32,000 nt of DNA from an uncultured archaeon (GCA_964589775.1 CAZPUN010000013.1:38515-70514), one strand, 5' to 3'. Positions 18,060 to 27,356 are shown, counted from the stretch's first letter. The notes: generated by a model from the sequence alone, not told the origin. Program-made: numbers and translations.

Positions 18060-19175
18060 TTATATACCAACTCCAATTGTATTTCCAATTCCAGCTAAGA
18101 TTATGTGATCACCTGGTTTTGTTCTTTTCAATATCGCTTCTTCTATTGTTTTTACAATTTCATCGACAGTGTCCAATATTTGTTTATTCATTGTACCTAC
18201 TGCTTCTGCTTCTGACTGTTTACATACTATTGCATCGATTGGTATGTTTCTTTCTGTTGCTGTTTGTTCAATTGCATATTTTTCCGGCCCTGGATCACCA
18301 ATAGCGGCTCCGACACCCTCTACAATCGTTCCCGTCTTTTCGCCTTCTAGTTTTAGTGCAGCATCAACAGTTATGATCCGTTTAATTTCATTTTTATGAA
18401 GATCTATCATTTTTTTAATAGCAAAACCTGGTTTTCCAACTCTTCCTCCCGGTCCAGTAGCGCGAATAACATATATTGTTCTTCCTTCAAAATTCACCTG
18501 ATAATATCCAATTTCTTTTTCAAAGTTGTCATGATATTCAGGTGCATTATGTTTTTTAGCAAAGGTGGTAACTGATAATGGGCCAATACTATCTCCGATG
18601 GGTTTTCCTTTTGAAAATGGATCTATTGCTTTTGCATATGATTTCGCTAATCTCATAATGTCTGCTAATTGCATCTGTAATTGCATAATTATTAGAGTAC
18701 TTCCTGTCTTTTTACCTAAAATCCAATAATGTCTTACAATTCTAAAAATTAAATTTAATACCATAGCTACTTCGACTGTATTTTCTAAATTGCTCCGTGT
18801 AACTTCATTTGCATTTGGTGCAATGTCTTTGATAAATTCTTCAAATCTTTCTTTTCGTGTCTCAATTAAATGCTCAAGTCTATCTAAAACACCTGCTGGA
18901 TCTTTATCAACAGGTTCTATTGTAAAGAATTCCAAGAATTTTTCAAATTTTTCTTTTGGATCTTTTCCTTCTTCAGTATACTTCTTTATGACTTCTAGCG
19001 CCTTTTCTTTGCTATTTATCATCATTATTCGTAATTCTATTAAAGCAGATTCTATTTGTCTTAACCACATATGTAATTGAAATTTTTGACCGTATAGAGA
19101 AAATACTATTATAAAGACTAAGAATGCTATGTTTATAATCCAACCAAAATCTGATGTATCATTAAGAAATTGCAT
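18060..19175 (-). CDS. DUF1512 family protein
   Basis: N-terminal TM, DPAG, PIGDSIGPL, GPGGRVG, ITVDAALKLEGE, GIGNTIGV. Confidence 0.85.
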   Translation of the reverse strand: MQFLNDTSDFGWIINIAFLVFIIVFSLYGQKFQLHMWLRQIESALIELRIMMINSKEKALEVIKKYTEEGKDPKEKFEKFLEFFTIEPVDKDPAGVLDRLEHLIETRKERFEEFIKDIAPNANEVTRSNLENTVEVAMVLNLIFRIVRHYWILGKKTGSTLIIMQLQMQLADIMRLAKSYAKAIDPFSKGKPIGDSIGPLSVTTFAKKHNAPEYHDNFEKEIGYYQVNFEGRTIYVIRATGPGGRVGKPGFAIKKMIDLHKNEIKRIITVDAALKLEGEKTGTIVEGVGAAIGDPGPEKYAIEQTATERNIPIDAIVCKQSEAEAVGTMNKQILDTVDEIVKTIEEAILKRTKPGDHIILAGIGNTIGVGI

Positions 19176-19253
19176 TTTACCTCACTTGTTCTTCTAATTT
19201 ACTTGCATAATTTCAATAAATGAAACTTATAAAACTAGTTCTGATTGCATTCG

Positions 19254-19331
19254 TGGTGGGCTGGGGGAGATTTGAACTCCCGACCTCTTGAGCCCAAGTC
19301 AAGAATCATAGCCAAGCTAGACTACCAGCCC
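19254..19331 (-). tRNA. tRNA-Pro(TGG), no intron, CCA encoded
   Basis: GGGCTGG/CCAGCCC, CTTGA-CTTGGGC-TCAAG; starts 1 nt after the tRNA-Thr CCA. Confidence 0.95.
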
Positions 19332-19332
19332 A

Positions 19333-19425
19333 TGGAGCCCCGGGCGGGACTTGAACCCGCGGCCTCCTCCTTACCAAGGAGGCGATTTGGCCCTTTACTT
19401 GTCTAACCAACTGAGCTACCGAGGC
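19333..19425 (-). tRNA. tRNA-Thr(GGT) with 16-nt intron at 22/23 (19387-19402)
   Basis: GCCTCGG/CCGGGGC, CCTCC-TTGGTAA-GGAGG; BHB GGTT-AGA ... GGCC-AAA; spliced D-stem has a C11.U24 mismatch. Confidence 0.85.
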
Positions 19426-19477
19426 AACGTGTTCATTCATTTTTCTTTTGCTTTAAAAATCTTTTTTAAATGGTATA

Positions 19478-19679
19478 TGGTGGGGTCGACGAGATTTGAA
19501 CTCGTGACCATTACCCCGAATTGCAGCGTATGCAATTCGCACAGGTTTCTCAAGGCTTGCCTCTCCAGAAGTTCATCATCTGATCATCAGCAAACCTGTG
19601 TTGGCGCACAGCCTTCTGGAGCCTGCCGCGATTCAGGGCTTTTGGTATGACCAAGCATACCTGACTTCGCCACGACCCC
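19478..19679 (-). tRNA. tRNA-Trp(CCA) with three introns: 21/22 (19632-19657), 37/38 (19547-19615), 43/44 (19511-19540)
   Basis: Three BHB motifs (CAGG/CCTG, CTCC/TGAG, ACCT/GGGT); removal gives a 77-nt cloverleaf with GCAGG-CTCCAGA-CCTGT. Confidence 0.9.
19547..19615 (-). ncRNA. Intron-encoded box C/D guide for tRNA-Trp (positions 39 and 34)
   Basis: CACAGGTTTG-CTGA (D') and ATGATGA (C') followed by TTCTGGAG; the guides pair with AAACCTGTG and CTCCAGAA of the precursor. Confidence 0.8.
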
Positions 19680-19837
19680 ATCTATATTCATCAAATAATG
19701 AGTTAACATTATAAAATAAACATTTCGATAATATCCTATCTGGGCGCTTTATTTTATGGCGCCTGTATATAATCTAAATTATATACTTTGTGCAATTAAA
19801 GAAAACTTTATTTACAAAACTTATGATACTATGAATC

Positions 19838-19962
19838 GGTATGCTGGCCATAGGTGGTGGTGATACGCCTGTTCCCATCTGAACACAGAAGCTAAGACCA
19901 CTACCGGTCCGCGTAGTAGTGCGGTGCGCGAGCCCGTGCAAGCCGCGGATAGCTAGCAGCCA
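19838..19962 (+). rRNA. rrf: 5S rRNA, not linked to 16S/23S in this window
   Basis: GGCCATAG, GCCTGTTCCCATCTGAACACAGAAGCTAAG, GCGAG hairpin, terminal helix TGCTGGC/GCTAGCA. Confidence 0.93.
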
Positions 19963-20073
19963 TTCTCTTCTTATTCTAATATCTCTGCTTATTAAATGGC
20001 ATGAGATAACTATATCCAAAAATATACCTAACAAAAAGATTTAAACATAAAATATAATAAAATAAGAGTGTGT

Positions 20074-20212
20074 GCGGAGGTATCCAAGCCCGGTCAAAGC
20101 CTGTCGGCTTACCGACGACTACCTCTGAGAATGGGGTCAGGCGATCTAAGGAGCCAGACTTAAGATCTGGTCGAGTAGTCGTTCGCGTGTTCAAATCGCG
20201 CCCTCCGCACCA
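20074..20212 (+). tRNA. tRNA-Leu(TAA) with 51-nt intron at 21/22 (20098-20148)
   Basis: GCGGAGG/CCTCCGC, CCAGA-CTTAAGA-TCTGG, variable arm CGA-GTAG-TCG; BHB GGTC-AAA-GCCTG...CAGGC-GATC-TAA. Confidence 0.92.
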
Positions 20213-20251
20213 GCTTTATTCTCATAAATCTTTACAAATAGTTCAGGATTG

Positions 20252-21580
20252 ATGTCTTTGGTCGATTACATTGGTAAAGCCAAATCCGTAGTGGATAAAT
20301 TTGGTATTCATGTTGGAGATCTTATTGAAATAAAAACCAATAGTGGCTCATATATTGGAAGATTACTCCCTCGATCTCATTATGAAGGCGCTGATGAATT
20401 TATTGTTGTTAAACTAACAAATGGTTATAATATTGGTATTTCTGTTGAAAAGATAAATTCCATAACTCTATTAGAATCTCTTGAAAATAAAAAGAATGAG
20501 CCTCCTAAAACATTTCAAAAGAAAAAGGATTTACCTCACGTGGTTTTGATAAGTACTGGTGGTACGATATCTAGTAAAATCGATTATTCTACTGGTGCTG
20601 TTAGTCCTGCATTAACGGCAGAGGATCTATATCTTGCAGTGCCTGAATTAAAAGAAATTGTAAATATTGAAGTTGATGTTTTATTTAATGAATTAAGTGA
20701 AAATATATATCCCGAGCATTGGGAAAAACTTGCTGAGCGCATATTTCATCATATTGAAAATGGTGTTGATGGAATTATTGTGGCACATGGCACTGACACA
20801 TTAGGTTACACTGCTGCAGCTTTGAGTTTCGCGCTTCAAAATCTTCCAGTTCCAATAGTTTTGGTAGGTTCTCAACGTTCGAGTGATCGTCCTTCCTCAG
20901 ATGCATTTATTAATTTACGTTCGGCAGCTGTTGTTGCAGGTTATGCAAATCTTGCAGAAGTTGTTGTTGTAATGCATTCAACAACTAGTGATGATATTGT
21001 TGGGGTATTCAGGGGTACAAAAGTTCGAAAAATGCATACAAGTGCACGAAATGCATTCGTATCTATTAACATACCTCCTTTGGGATTTGTAAAAGGAATG
21101 AAATATATTGAGAACATTGCTCCAATTCGTACTCGAAATAAAAATCGTAAAATTTTATTGAAGAATAAATTTGATAAAAAAGTTGCATTAGTTTATTCCT
21201 ATCCTGGATTGTTATCGGATATTTTCACTGAACTAATAAATAATAGGTATTCTGGAATCCTTATTGCAGGTACTGGTCTTGGGCATATATCAAATAGGCT
21301 TCATAAGGTTCTCAAGTCTGCGATTGAAAATGATATTGTTATTGCGATAGCCTCCCAATGTATTTTTGGTCGCACAAATTTGAATGTCTATAGTACTGGA
21401 GTAAACCTGCAAAAAATTGGAATAATTGAATCTCAAGATATGTTTCCTGAAACTGCATATGTAAAATTATTGTGGGCGCTTTCCAACTATTCTAAGGACA
21501 AGGCAATTTCTATTTTCCAAGAGAATATAGTTGGTGAAATTATTGGTCGTACTTATCCTGAAACTATTTTTAATAGGTGA
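20252..21580 (+). CDS. gatD: Glu-tRNA(Gln) amidotransferase subunit D
   Basis: KLTNGYNIG, STGGTISS, HGTDT, GSQRSSDRPSSD, RKMHTS. Confidence 0.97.
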   Translation: MSLVDYIGKAKSVVDKFGIHVGDLIEIKTNSGSYIGRLLPRSHYEGADEFIVVKLTNGYNIGISVEKINSITLLESLENKKNEPPKTFQKKKDLPHVVLISTGGTISSKIDYSTGAVSPALTAEDLYLAVPELKEIVNIEVDVLFNELSENIYPEHWEKLAERIFHHIENGVDGIIVAHGTDTLGYTAAALSFALQNLPVPIVLVGSQRSSDRPSSDAFINLRSAAVVAGYANLAEVVVVMHSTTSDDIVGVFRGTKVRKMHTSARNAFVSINIPPLGFVKGMKYIENIAPIRTRNKNRKILLKNKFDKKVALVYSYPGLLSDIFTELINNRYSGILIAGTGLGHISNRLHKVLKSAIENDIVIAIASQCIFGRTNLNVYSTGVNLQKIGIIESQDMFPETAYVKLLWALSNYSKDKAISIFQENIVGEIIGRTYPETIFNR

Positions 21581-21585
21581 GATTA

Positions 21586-23472
21586 ATGAATTATTCTGAA
21601 ATTAAGTTAAAAGTTGGTCTAGAAATTCATCAACAATTAGACACTAAAACGAAATTATTCTGTGAATGTCCAACAATATTACGTGATGATGATCCTTCTG
21701 GTGTATTCATAAGAGAACTTCGCCCAACAATGAGCGAGCTGGGTATAATTGATCAAGCTGCAATATTTGAATCTAAAAAGGTAAGAAAATTTGAATATGA
21801 ATTTTATAATGACTCAACTTGCCTAGTTGAACTTGATGAAGAACCCCCACATGCATTAAACGAAGAGGCAATAGATATATGCCTTACAATGGCTTTGTTG
21901 TTAAATTCTGAACCACTAGATGAAATTCATGTTATGAGAAAAATTGTTATCGATGGTTCAAATACTTCTGGTTTTCAAAGAACATCGATAATTAGTATGG
22001 GCGGTTCTGTTTCTGTTGGCGACATTAATTGTAGAATACAAACTATATGTCTAGAAGAAGATGCAGCCAGAAAAATAAACGAAGATACTAAAAATGGAAT
22101 TGTGCGTTATAGATTGGATCGCTTAGGTATTCCACTTATTGAGATTGCAACTGCACCCGATATTCATACTCCTTCTGCAGCACAAAAAGTTGCATTACGA
22201 ATCGGAAAGTTACTAAGAACAACCGGTAAAGTAAAACGCGGCCTTGGAACTATCAGACAGGATGTAAATATTTCCATCTTAGATGGTCCAGTTATTGAAA
22301 TTAAGGGAATTCAGCAGCTCGATCTGATAGAGAAAGTTGTCGAAATTGAGGCGAAAAGACAACTTGAATTAATCAATATTATGAATGAACTAAGAAAGCG
22401 TAATGTAACTGCTAAAGATTTATCGAACGAAAAACATGACATAACTGATTTATTGCAATATTCGAAATCAAAAATTATCAAAAGAGCATTAAAGCAAAAG
22501 GCAAAAATATTAGCTATAAAACTAAACGGATTTAGTGGCTTGTTGGGCCGAGAAATACAACCTGGTAAGAGATTTGGAAAGGAATTGGCATATTATGCTG
22601 GCTTTTATGGTGGTGTAAAAGGAATTTTTCATTCAGATGAATTACCTAATTATGGAATTACGCAAGATGAAGTTGATAAAATTAAGAAATTTCTAAATTG
22701 TAGTTCGCAAGATGCATTTGTACTTGTTGCTGCGCCTAAAGTATCTGCTGAAAAAGCATTAGATGGTGTCTTTGAACGTGTTCTTATGGCTTTTTCTGGA
22801 ATTCCTGAAGAGACCCGCAAAGCTGAATCTGATGGTACAACTTCATATTTGCGACCAAGACCTGGCGCAGCCAGAATGTATCCCGAAACTGATGTTCGTC
22901 CTGTTATTATTTCTAATGAACGCATTAATAAAATTAAAGATAATTTACCTGAACTTCCAGAAGAAAAAGTCAATCGATATATCAAAGAATACAATTTAAA
23001 TGAAGAATTAGCTGATGAACTTGTATCTTCTCCAGATTTTATATTGTTTGAAAAGCTTTTGAGTGACGTTGACATAACTCCAAAAATTATCGCTACATAT
23101 TTACTAAATACGTTCAGGACTTTAAGGCGAAATAACATTCCTGTTGATGACATTCCTTATGAACGTATTGTACAAATTCTTAAACTATTAAAAGATAAAA
23201 AGATCGCAAAAGAGGCGCTACCTGAGATTACCGAAAAAATCGCATTGAATCCTAAAATCGAAATTTCCAGTTTTGTATCTTCAATAACAATATCAGATCT
23301 TGATAAGATTATTTCAAAAATAGTACAACAAAAACATGATTTTATTCTCGAACGAGGTGAACGTGCATTAAGTCCTCTTATGGGTGTCGTAATGAAAGAA
23401 GTGCGTGGTAAGATCGATGGAAAAACTGTACGTGAACACTTGAAAAAAGCTATTGATGATGCACTAAAGTAA
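21586..23472 (+). CDS. gatE: Glu-tRNA(Gln) amidotransferase subunit E
   Basis: GLEIHQQL, MRKIVIDGSNTSGFQRT, RGLGTIRQDVN, PGAARMYPETD. Confidence 0.97.
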   Translation: MNYSEIKLKVGLEIHQQLDTKTKLFCECPTILRDDDPSGVFIRELRPTMSELGIIDQAAIFESKKVRKFEYEFYNDSTCLVELDEEPPHALNEEAIDICLTMALLLNSEPLDEIHVMRKIVIDGSNTSGFQRTSIISMGGSVSVGDINCRIQTICLEEDAARKINEDTKNGIVRYRLDRLGIPLIEIATAPDIHTPSAAQKVALRIGKLLRTTGKVKRGLGTIRQDVNISILDGPVIEIKGIQQLDLIEKVVEIEAKRQLELINIMNELRKRNVTAKDLSNEKHDITDLLQYSKSKIIKRALKQKAKILAIKLNGFSGLLGREIQPGKRFGKELAYYAGFYGGVKGIFHSDELPNYGITQDEVDKIKKFLNCSSQDAFVLVAAPKVSAEKALDGVFERVLMAFSGIPEETRKAESDGTTSYLRPRPGAARMYPETDVRPVIISNERINKIKDNLPELPEEKVNRYIKEYNLNEELADELVSSPDFILFEKLLSDVDITPKIIATYLLNTFRTLRRNNIPVDDIPYERIVQILKLLKDKKIAKEALPEITEKIALNPKIEISSFVSSITISDLDKIISKIVQQKHDFILERGERALSPLMGVVMKEVRGKIDGKTVREHLKKAIDDALK

Positions 23473-23531
23473 ATCTCATCATCAATCAATATATTTTTTA
23501 AGGAAAATGACATTTCACACTATGTGATAAT

Positions 23532-23659
23532 GCCGGGGTTGCCTAGCCTGGTTATGGTTAAAAGCAATTTAACCGCCAAAGGGCGCCAGACTCATAATCT
23601 ATTCAAAAAGGGGTCGATGAGCTATCTGGAGGTCGCGCGTTCGAACCGCGCCCCCGGCA
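23532..23659 (+). tRNA. tRNA-Met(CAT), elongator type, introns at 21/22 (23555-23580) and 37/38 (23597-23623); CCA not encoded
   Basis: GCCGGGG/CCCCGGC; BHBs TGGT-TAT/GCCA-AAG and CTCA-TAA/TGAG-CTA. Confidence 0.9.
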
Positions 23660-23717
23660 CTAATTTTAGCAAAAAAGTCTAAAATACTAAAAGTATGATT
23701 TTGTTTTGGTGAATGTT

Positions 23718-24926
23718 ATGAGCCTTCCTTTCAAAACTCTTGATGATATTAATCTAACTGGCAAAAAGGTATTAGTAAGAGCCGAATTAAATTCGCCCAT
23801 TGATCCCTCTAGCAAAAAAATTCTTGATACTTCTCGGATTGATTCTCTTAAAAAAACATTAGATGAATTGAGCAATTCTGCGATAGTAATAATAGCTCAT
23901 CAGGGACGACCTGGCTCTGATGATTTCATAGATCTTTCGCCACATGCTGAACGATTAAGAGAGTTGGGATATAATGTAAAATTTGTAGATGATATTATTG
24001 GAACAAAATCAATTAATGCGATCAAAAATCTAAAAATTGGAGAAATCTTAGTATTGGATAATGTTCGTAAAATTCCTGAAGAAATTAAAAAAATGTCATT
24101 TGAAGATGCTTCTAAGACTCAGCTAGTAAAAACACTTGCGCCATTATTTGATTCATTCATTCAAGATGCTTTTGGAGTAGCACACAGAGCACAGCCTTCT
24201 GTAATTGGATTTCCTGAACTTTTGCCTAGTGTAGCAGGTAGACTTGTTGAACGTGAATATCGTGCATTATCTACACTGGTGGAAAATATAAAGCATCCAT
24301 ATGTTGTAGTTTTAGGTGGCGCCAAATTATCTACAAAGATTCCATTTATTGAACACCTATTAGAAAATGAAATGGTTGATTTCGTATTAACTGGCGGTTT
24401 GGTATCAAATGTTTTCTTATATGTTAGTGGAATTAGAATGGATAGTAAAAACATACAAAAGGCAGATGATACTATAATAAAAATCGCCAAGCGAATATTT
24501 GAAAAGTATTCTGACAAAATTATTATTCCTAAAGATGTTGCATATGAACATAATGGAAAGCGTGAAGAAATTAAAATAAGTGAAAAATCTGTGATTAACT
24601 TCCCGATTTTTGATATAGGACATGAGACTATTTCTGAATATTCGCAAATTATAAAATCTGCAAAAACAATATTTGCAAATGGTCCCTTGGGCTATTTTGA
24701 AAACTCACTATTTACAGAGGGTACTGATGCTATTATTGATGTTTTTAGATCTATAGATGCAAATATTATTGTTGGTGGTGGTCATTTAGGTGCTGTAATT
24801 TCCAGCAAATCTATTCCATCTAATATATATATTAGCACAGGTGGAGGCGCAGCATTAGCTTTTGTCTCAGGAAAAGAATTACCTTTGTTTGAAGCTCTAA
24901 AACGTTCATATTTAAAATTTAATTAA
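23718..24926 (+). CDS. pgk: Phosphoglycerate kinase
   Basis: VLVRAELNSP, AHQGRPG, DAFGVAHR, LGGAK, NGPLG, STGGGA. Confidence 0.96.
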   Translation: MSLPFKTLDDINLTGKKVLVRAELNSPIDPSSKKILDTSRIDSLKKTLDELSNSAIVIIAHQGRPGSDDFIDLSPHAERLRELGYNVKFVDDIIGTKSINAIKNLKIGEILVLDNVRKIPEEIKKMSFEDASKTQLVKTLAPLFDSFIQDAFGVAHRAQPSVIGFPELLPSVAGRLVEREYRALSTLVENIKHPYVVVLGGAKLSTKIPFIEHLLENEMVDFVLTGGLVSNVFLYVSGIRMDSKNIQKADDTIIKIAKRIFEKYSDKIIIPKDVAYEHNGKREEIKISEKSVINFPIFDIGHETISEYSQIIKSAKTIFANGPLGYFENSLFTEGTDAIIDVFRSIDANIIVGGGHLGAVISSKSIPSNIYISTGGGAALAFVSGKELPLFEALKRSYLKFN

Positions 24927-24977
24927 GTATATCACTAAGCAAATATTTTTATTTTTTATTTTCATGTTATTTTGTGT

Positions 24978-25067
24978 GCCTCGGTAGCTTAGCGGCATAG
25001 CGGCAGACTTGTATATGAATGTAAAGAAATCTGCAGGTCGCGGGTTCAAATCCCGCCCGGGGCTCCA
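24978..25067 (+). tRNA. tRNA-Thr(TGT) with 15-nt intron at 37/38 (25014-25028)
   Basis: GCCTCGG/CCGGGGC; GCAGA-CTTGTA|A-TCTGC. Confidence 0.92.
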
Positions 25068-25182
25068 CTTATTCCAAAAAATTATTATTTGTCTGCAAAG
25101 GTTTTTATTTTAATAATCACTCTTTTATCTAAGAAGAGTTAAATATTTAATATGAGTATTTAAAAAATAATGGTGGTTCCTG

Positions 25183-26001
25183 ATGCAAATTGATGCTTCA
25201 AATTTATGGAATATGATTATAGGTGCCTTTAAACCCTTATCTGATGCTCTGAGTGGTATAGGAATTAATGTATCCCCGAGTTTCTTGTTTTTATTAATTA
25301 CGGGAATTTCGGTCTTCCTACTTGTGATCTTTATAAGACGCAGAACAAGCTTACTTGATTCTGATATAATGCCAGAATATCGTGAGCTATTGGAGTCTTC
25401 TATATCTTCCCCATTGACTACGATTGAGATACGAAAGTTATCTCAAATCAGGGACCCCAGACAATTACTAATATTGATGAAAGTGGAAGAAGCTGCTGTA
25501 GAAAATGCAATTAAGTTATTAAATGCGCTTCTTAAATCTGGTGAAATTGACGAATCATTTCATAGTTCCATTCTTAATCTGTATGATGTTAGATTAAGAA
25601 GACTTCAAGAAGTATTAGAAAAGGCTCGTGATATTGATAAACTAAAGAGAACTGAAGCTGATATTTCTCATGCTAGGCATGAATATATACGAAAGCTTGC
25701 TTCATTATCTGGTGCAGCGCCGCCTGTAGCTGGAGCGCCACCGGCAGCTGGGGCACCACCGGCAGCTGGGGCACCACCGGCAGCTGGGGCACCACCGGCA
25801 GCTGGGGCACCACCGGCAGCTGGAGCGCCGCCTGTAGCTGGGGCACCACCGGCAGCTGGGGCACCACCGGCAGCTGGAGCGCCATCCCGCCCTGTATCAA
25901 TGGCACGAGCTATTACTGGGACTGATAAGAAAAAGGAATCTCTTCAAGATGAAATGCTTAGTGCTATTGAGCAATTAAAACAGCTTATTGAAATGGATTA
26001 A
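25183..26001 (+). CDS. Hypothetical membrane-anchored protein: TM, helical region, Pro/Ala repeat linker, C-terminal helix
   Basis: TM FLFLLITGISVFLLVIFI then RRR; (APPAAG)9; C-terminal ESLQDEMLSAIEQLKQLIEMD. Confidence 0.8.
   Translation: MQIDASNLWNMIIGAFKPLSDALSGIGINVSPSFLFLLITGISVFLLVIFIRRRTSLLDSDIMPEYRELLESSISSPLTTIEIRKLSQIRDPRQLLILMKVEEAAVENAIKLLNALLKSGEIDESFHSSILNLYDVRLRRLQEVLEKARDIDKLKRTEADISHARHEYIRKLASLSGAAPPVAGAPPAAGAPPAAGAPPAAGAPPAAGAPPAAGAPPVAGAPPAAGAPPAAGAPSRPVSMARAITGTDKKKESLQDEMLSAIEQLKQLIEMD
25717..25884 (+). repeat. 18-bp coding tandem repeat, about 9.3 copies (consensus GCACCACCGGCAGCTGGG)
   Basis: Near-identical units encoding APPAAG/APPVAG; much higher GC than the flanks. 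Confidence 0.95.
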
Positions 26002-26071
26002 ATTATCGCGAACTTTTGTTCAGCGATATTATTTTATATTTTTATTTACGGTTTATTTTTGGTGTTATAGT

Positions 26072-26764
26072 ATGAGTTCTGCAAAGCATAATTCTGCAAA
26101 ATCTGCAATTAAAATGGTAAAAGATAACTTTACTATTGGTCTAGGTAGTGGTACTACTGTTGTTTATTTTATTGAAGAATTATCTGAATTAGTTAAAATG
26201 GGATATCATATTAAAGTGGTCCCATCCTCCTATCAGTCTTATTCATTGGCAATAGAATATAAAATACCTATTACAAATTTAGATGAATCTCCTATACTTG
26301 ATATAACAGTTGATGGTGCAGATGAAGTGGATCCCGACCTAAATTTAGTAAAGGGTGGTGGTGCTGCTCTAACTCGTGAAAAAATAATTGCTTCTGCTGC
26401 TAAAGAATTAGCCATTATTGTTGATGACTCCAAGATTGTCAAGCATCTCGGTAAGCGTATTGGAATCCCTATTGAAGTCTTACCCTTTGCATGGGGATCC
26501 GTTAAGCGAAAAATTTTAGATATGGGATATGAGCCTATACTTAGAATGGCAACACGAAAAATGGGCCCTGTTATTTCTGATAATGGAAACTTCATAGTTG
26601 ATGTGCAAATAAAAAATATTATAGATGATTTATACGAATTTAATCATGCTTTACTTGAAATTCCTGGCGTAATTGAAACAGGTTTATTCATTAATATGGC
26701 TGATGTAGTACATGTTGGTACCTCTGAGGGCGCCTATACCCTAAATCGGCCTAATAAAAAGTAA
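26072..26764 (+). CDS. rpiA: Ribose-5-phosphate isomerase A
   Basis: GLGSGTT, DGADEVD, KGGGAALTREK, SDNGN, PGVIETGLF; start moved to ATG 26072. Confidence 0.96.
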   Translation: MSSAKHNSAKSAIKMVKDNFTIGLGSGTTVVYFIEELSELVKMGYHIKVVPSSYQSYSLAIEYKIPITNLDESPILDITVDGADEVDPDLNLVKGGGAALTREKIIASAAKELAIIVDDSKIVKHLGKRIGIPIEVLPFAWGSVKRKILDMGYEPILRMATRKMGPVISDNGNFIVDVQIKNIIDDLYEFNHALLEIPGVIETGLFINMADVVHVGTSEGAYTLNRPNKK

Positions 26765-26777
26765 CGGGGCTATTTAT

Positions 26778-27356
26778 ATGAATGATACACTTGATAATTC
26801 AAAAAATAAAGATGAGAACACAATTCCTGTAGTAACTTTTGATACTCAGGAGTATATTGGCATTGTATCTCCTGAAGAATATTCAAAGATTCTTCAATCT
26901 GGACCATTTGGAACACTAATTCAGGACCAATATGTACTAACTCCAATTGAATGTATGTATTTACTTTTTAAAAATAAGATTTTTTTAATTGATTCAGATG
27001 GATCTCCAATATCAATACACCAGCTTTTGAAAATCATGCTTCCACAAGATAAGGATATATGGACAAAATTTCTTGTATATTTTGATCTGAGGTCAAGAGG
27101 TTACTCTGTAAAGCAAGGTTTTGGACCTGGCATAAGTTTTAGATTATATCCTCGTGGAAGTAGATTGGGTGATGATACTGCAAAAATGTTAATTTACATA
27201 TTAACTGACGGTGACTCTATATCACTTGATGAATTAGAGCGAATAACAAAACTTTCAACAAGTTCAAGAAAAAAATTAATTTTTGCTCTAATTAATCCAC
27301 AAGGTGAAATTACGTACTATAAAGTATCTCAAGTACCACTAAGTGAGGGAAAATAG
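26778..27356 (+). CDS. tRNA splicing endonuclease subunit, probably the structural (beta) subunit
   Basis: LTPIECMYL, FLVYFDLRSRGY, RKKLIFALI..GEITYY; the catalytic Tyr and His positions read GFGPG and DDTA. Confidence 0.8.
   Translation: MNDTLDNSKNKDENTIPVVTFDTQEYIGIVSPEEYSKILQSGPFGTLIQDQYVLTPIECMYLLFKNKIFLIDSDGSPISIHQLLKIMLPQDKDIWTKFLVYFDLRSRGYSVKQGFGPGISFRLYPRGSRLGDDTAKMLIYILTDGDSISLDELERITKLSTSSRKKLIFALINPQGEITYYKVSQVPLSEGK

Noticed and set aside
19351-20252. ORFs 19351..19650, 19774..20034, 19976..20194 and 20070..20252
   Set aside because: Shadow frames over tRNAs and 5S rRNA
25717-25884. GC-rich repeats as a CRISPR array or ncRNA
   Set aside because: Head-to-tail 18-mers without spacers, in frame, with variation mostly at synonymous positions
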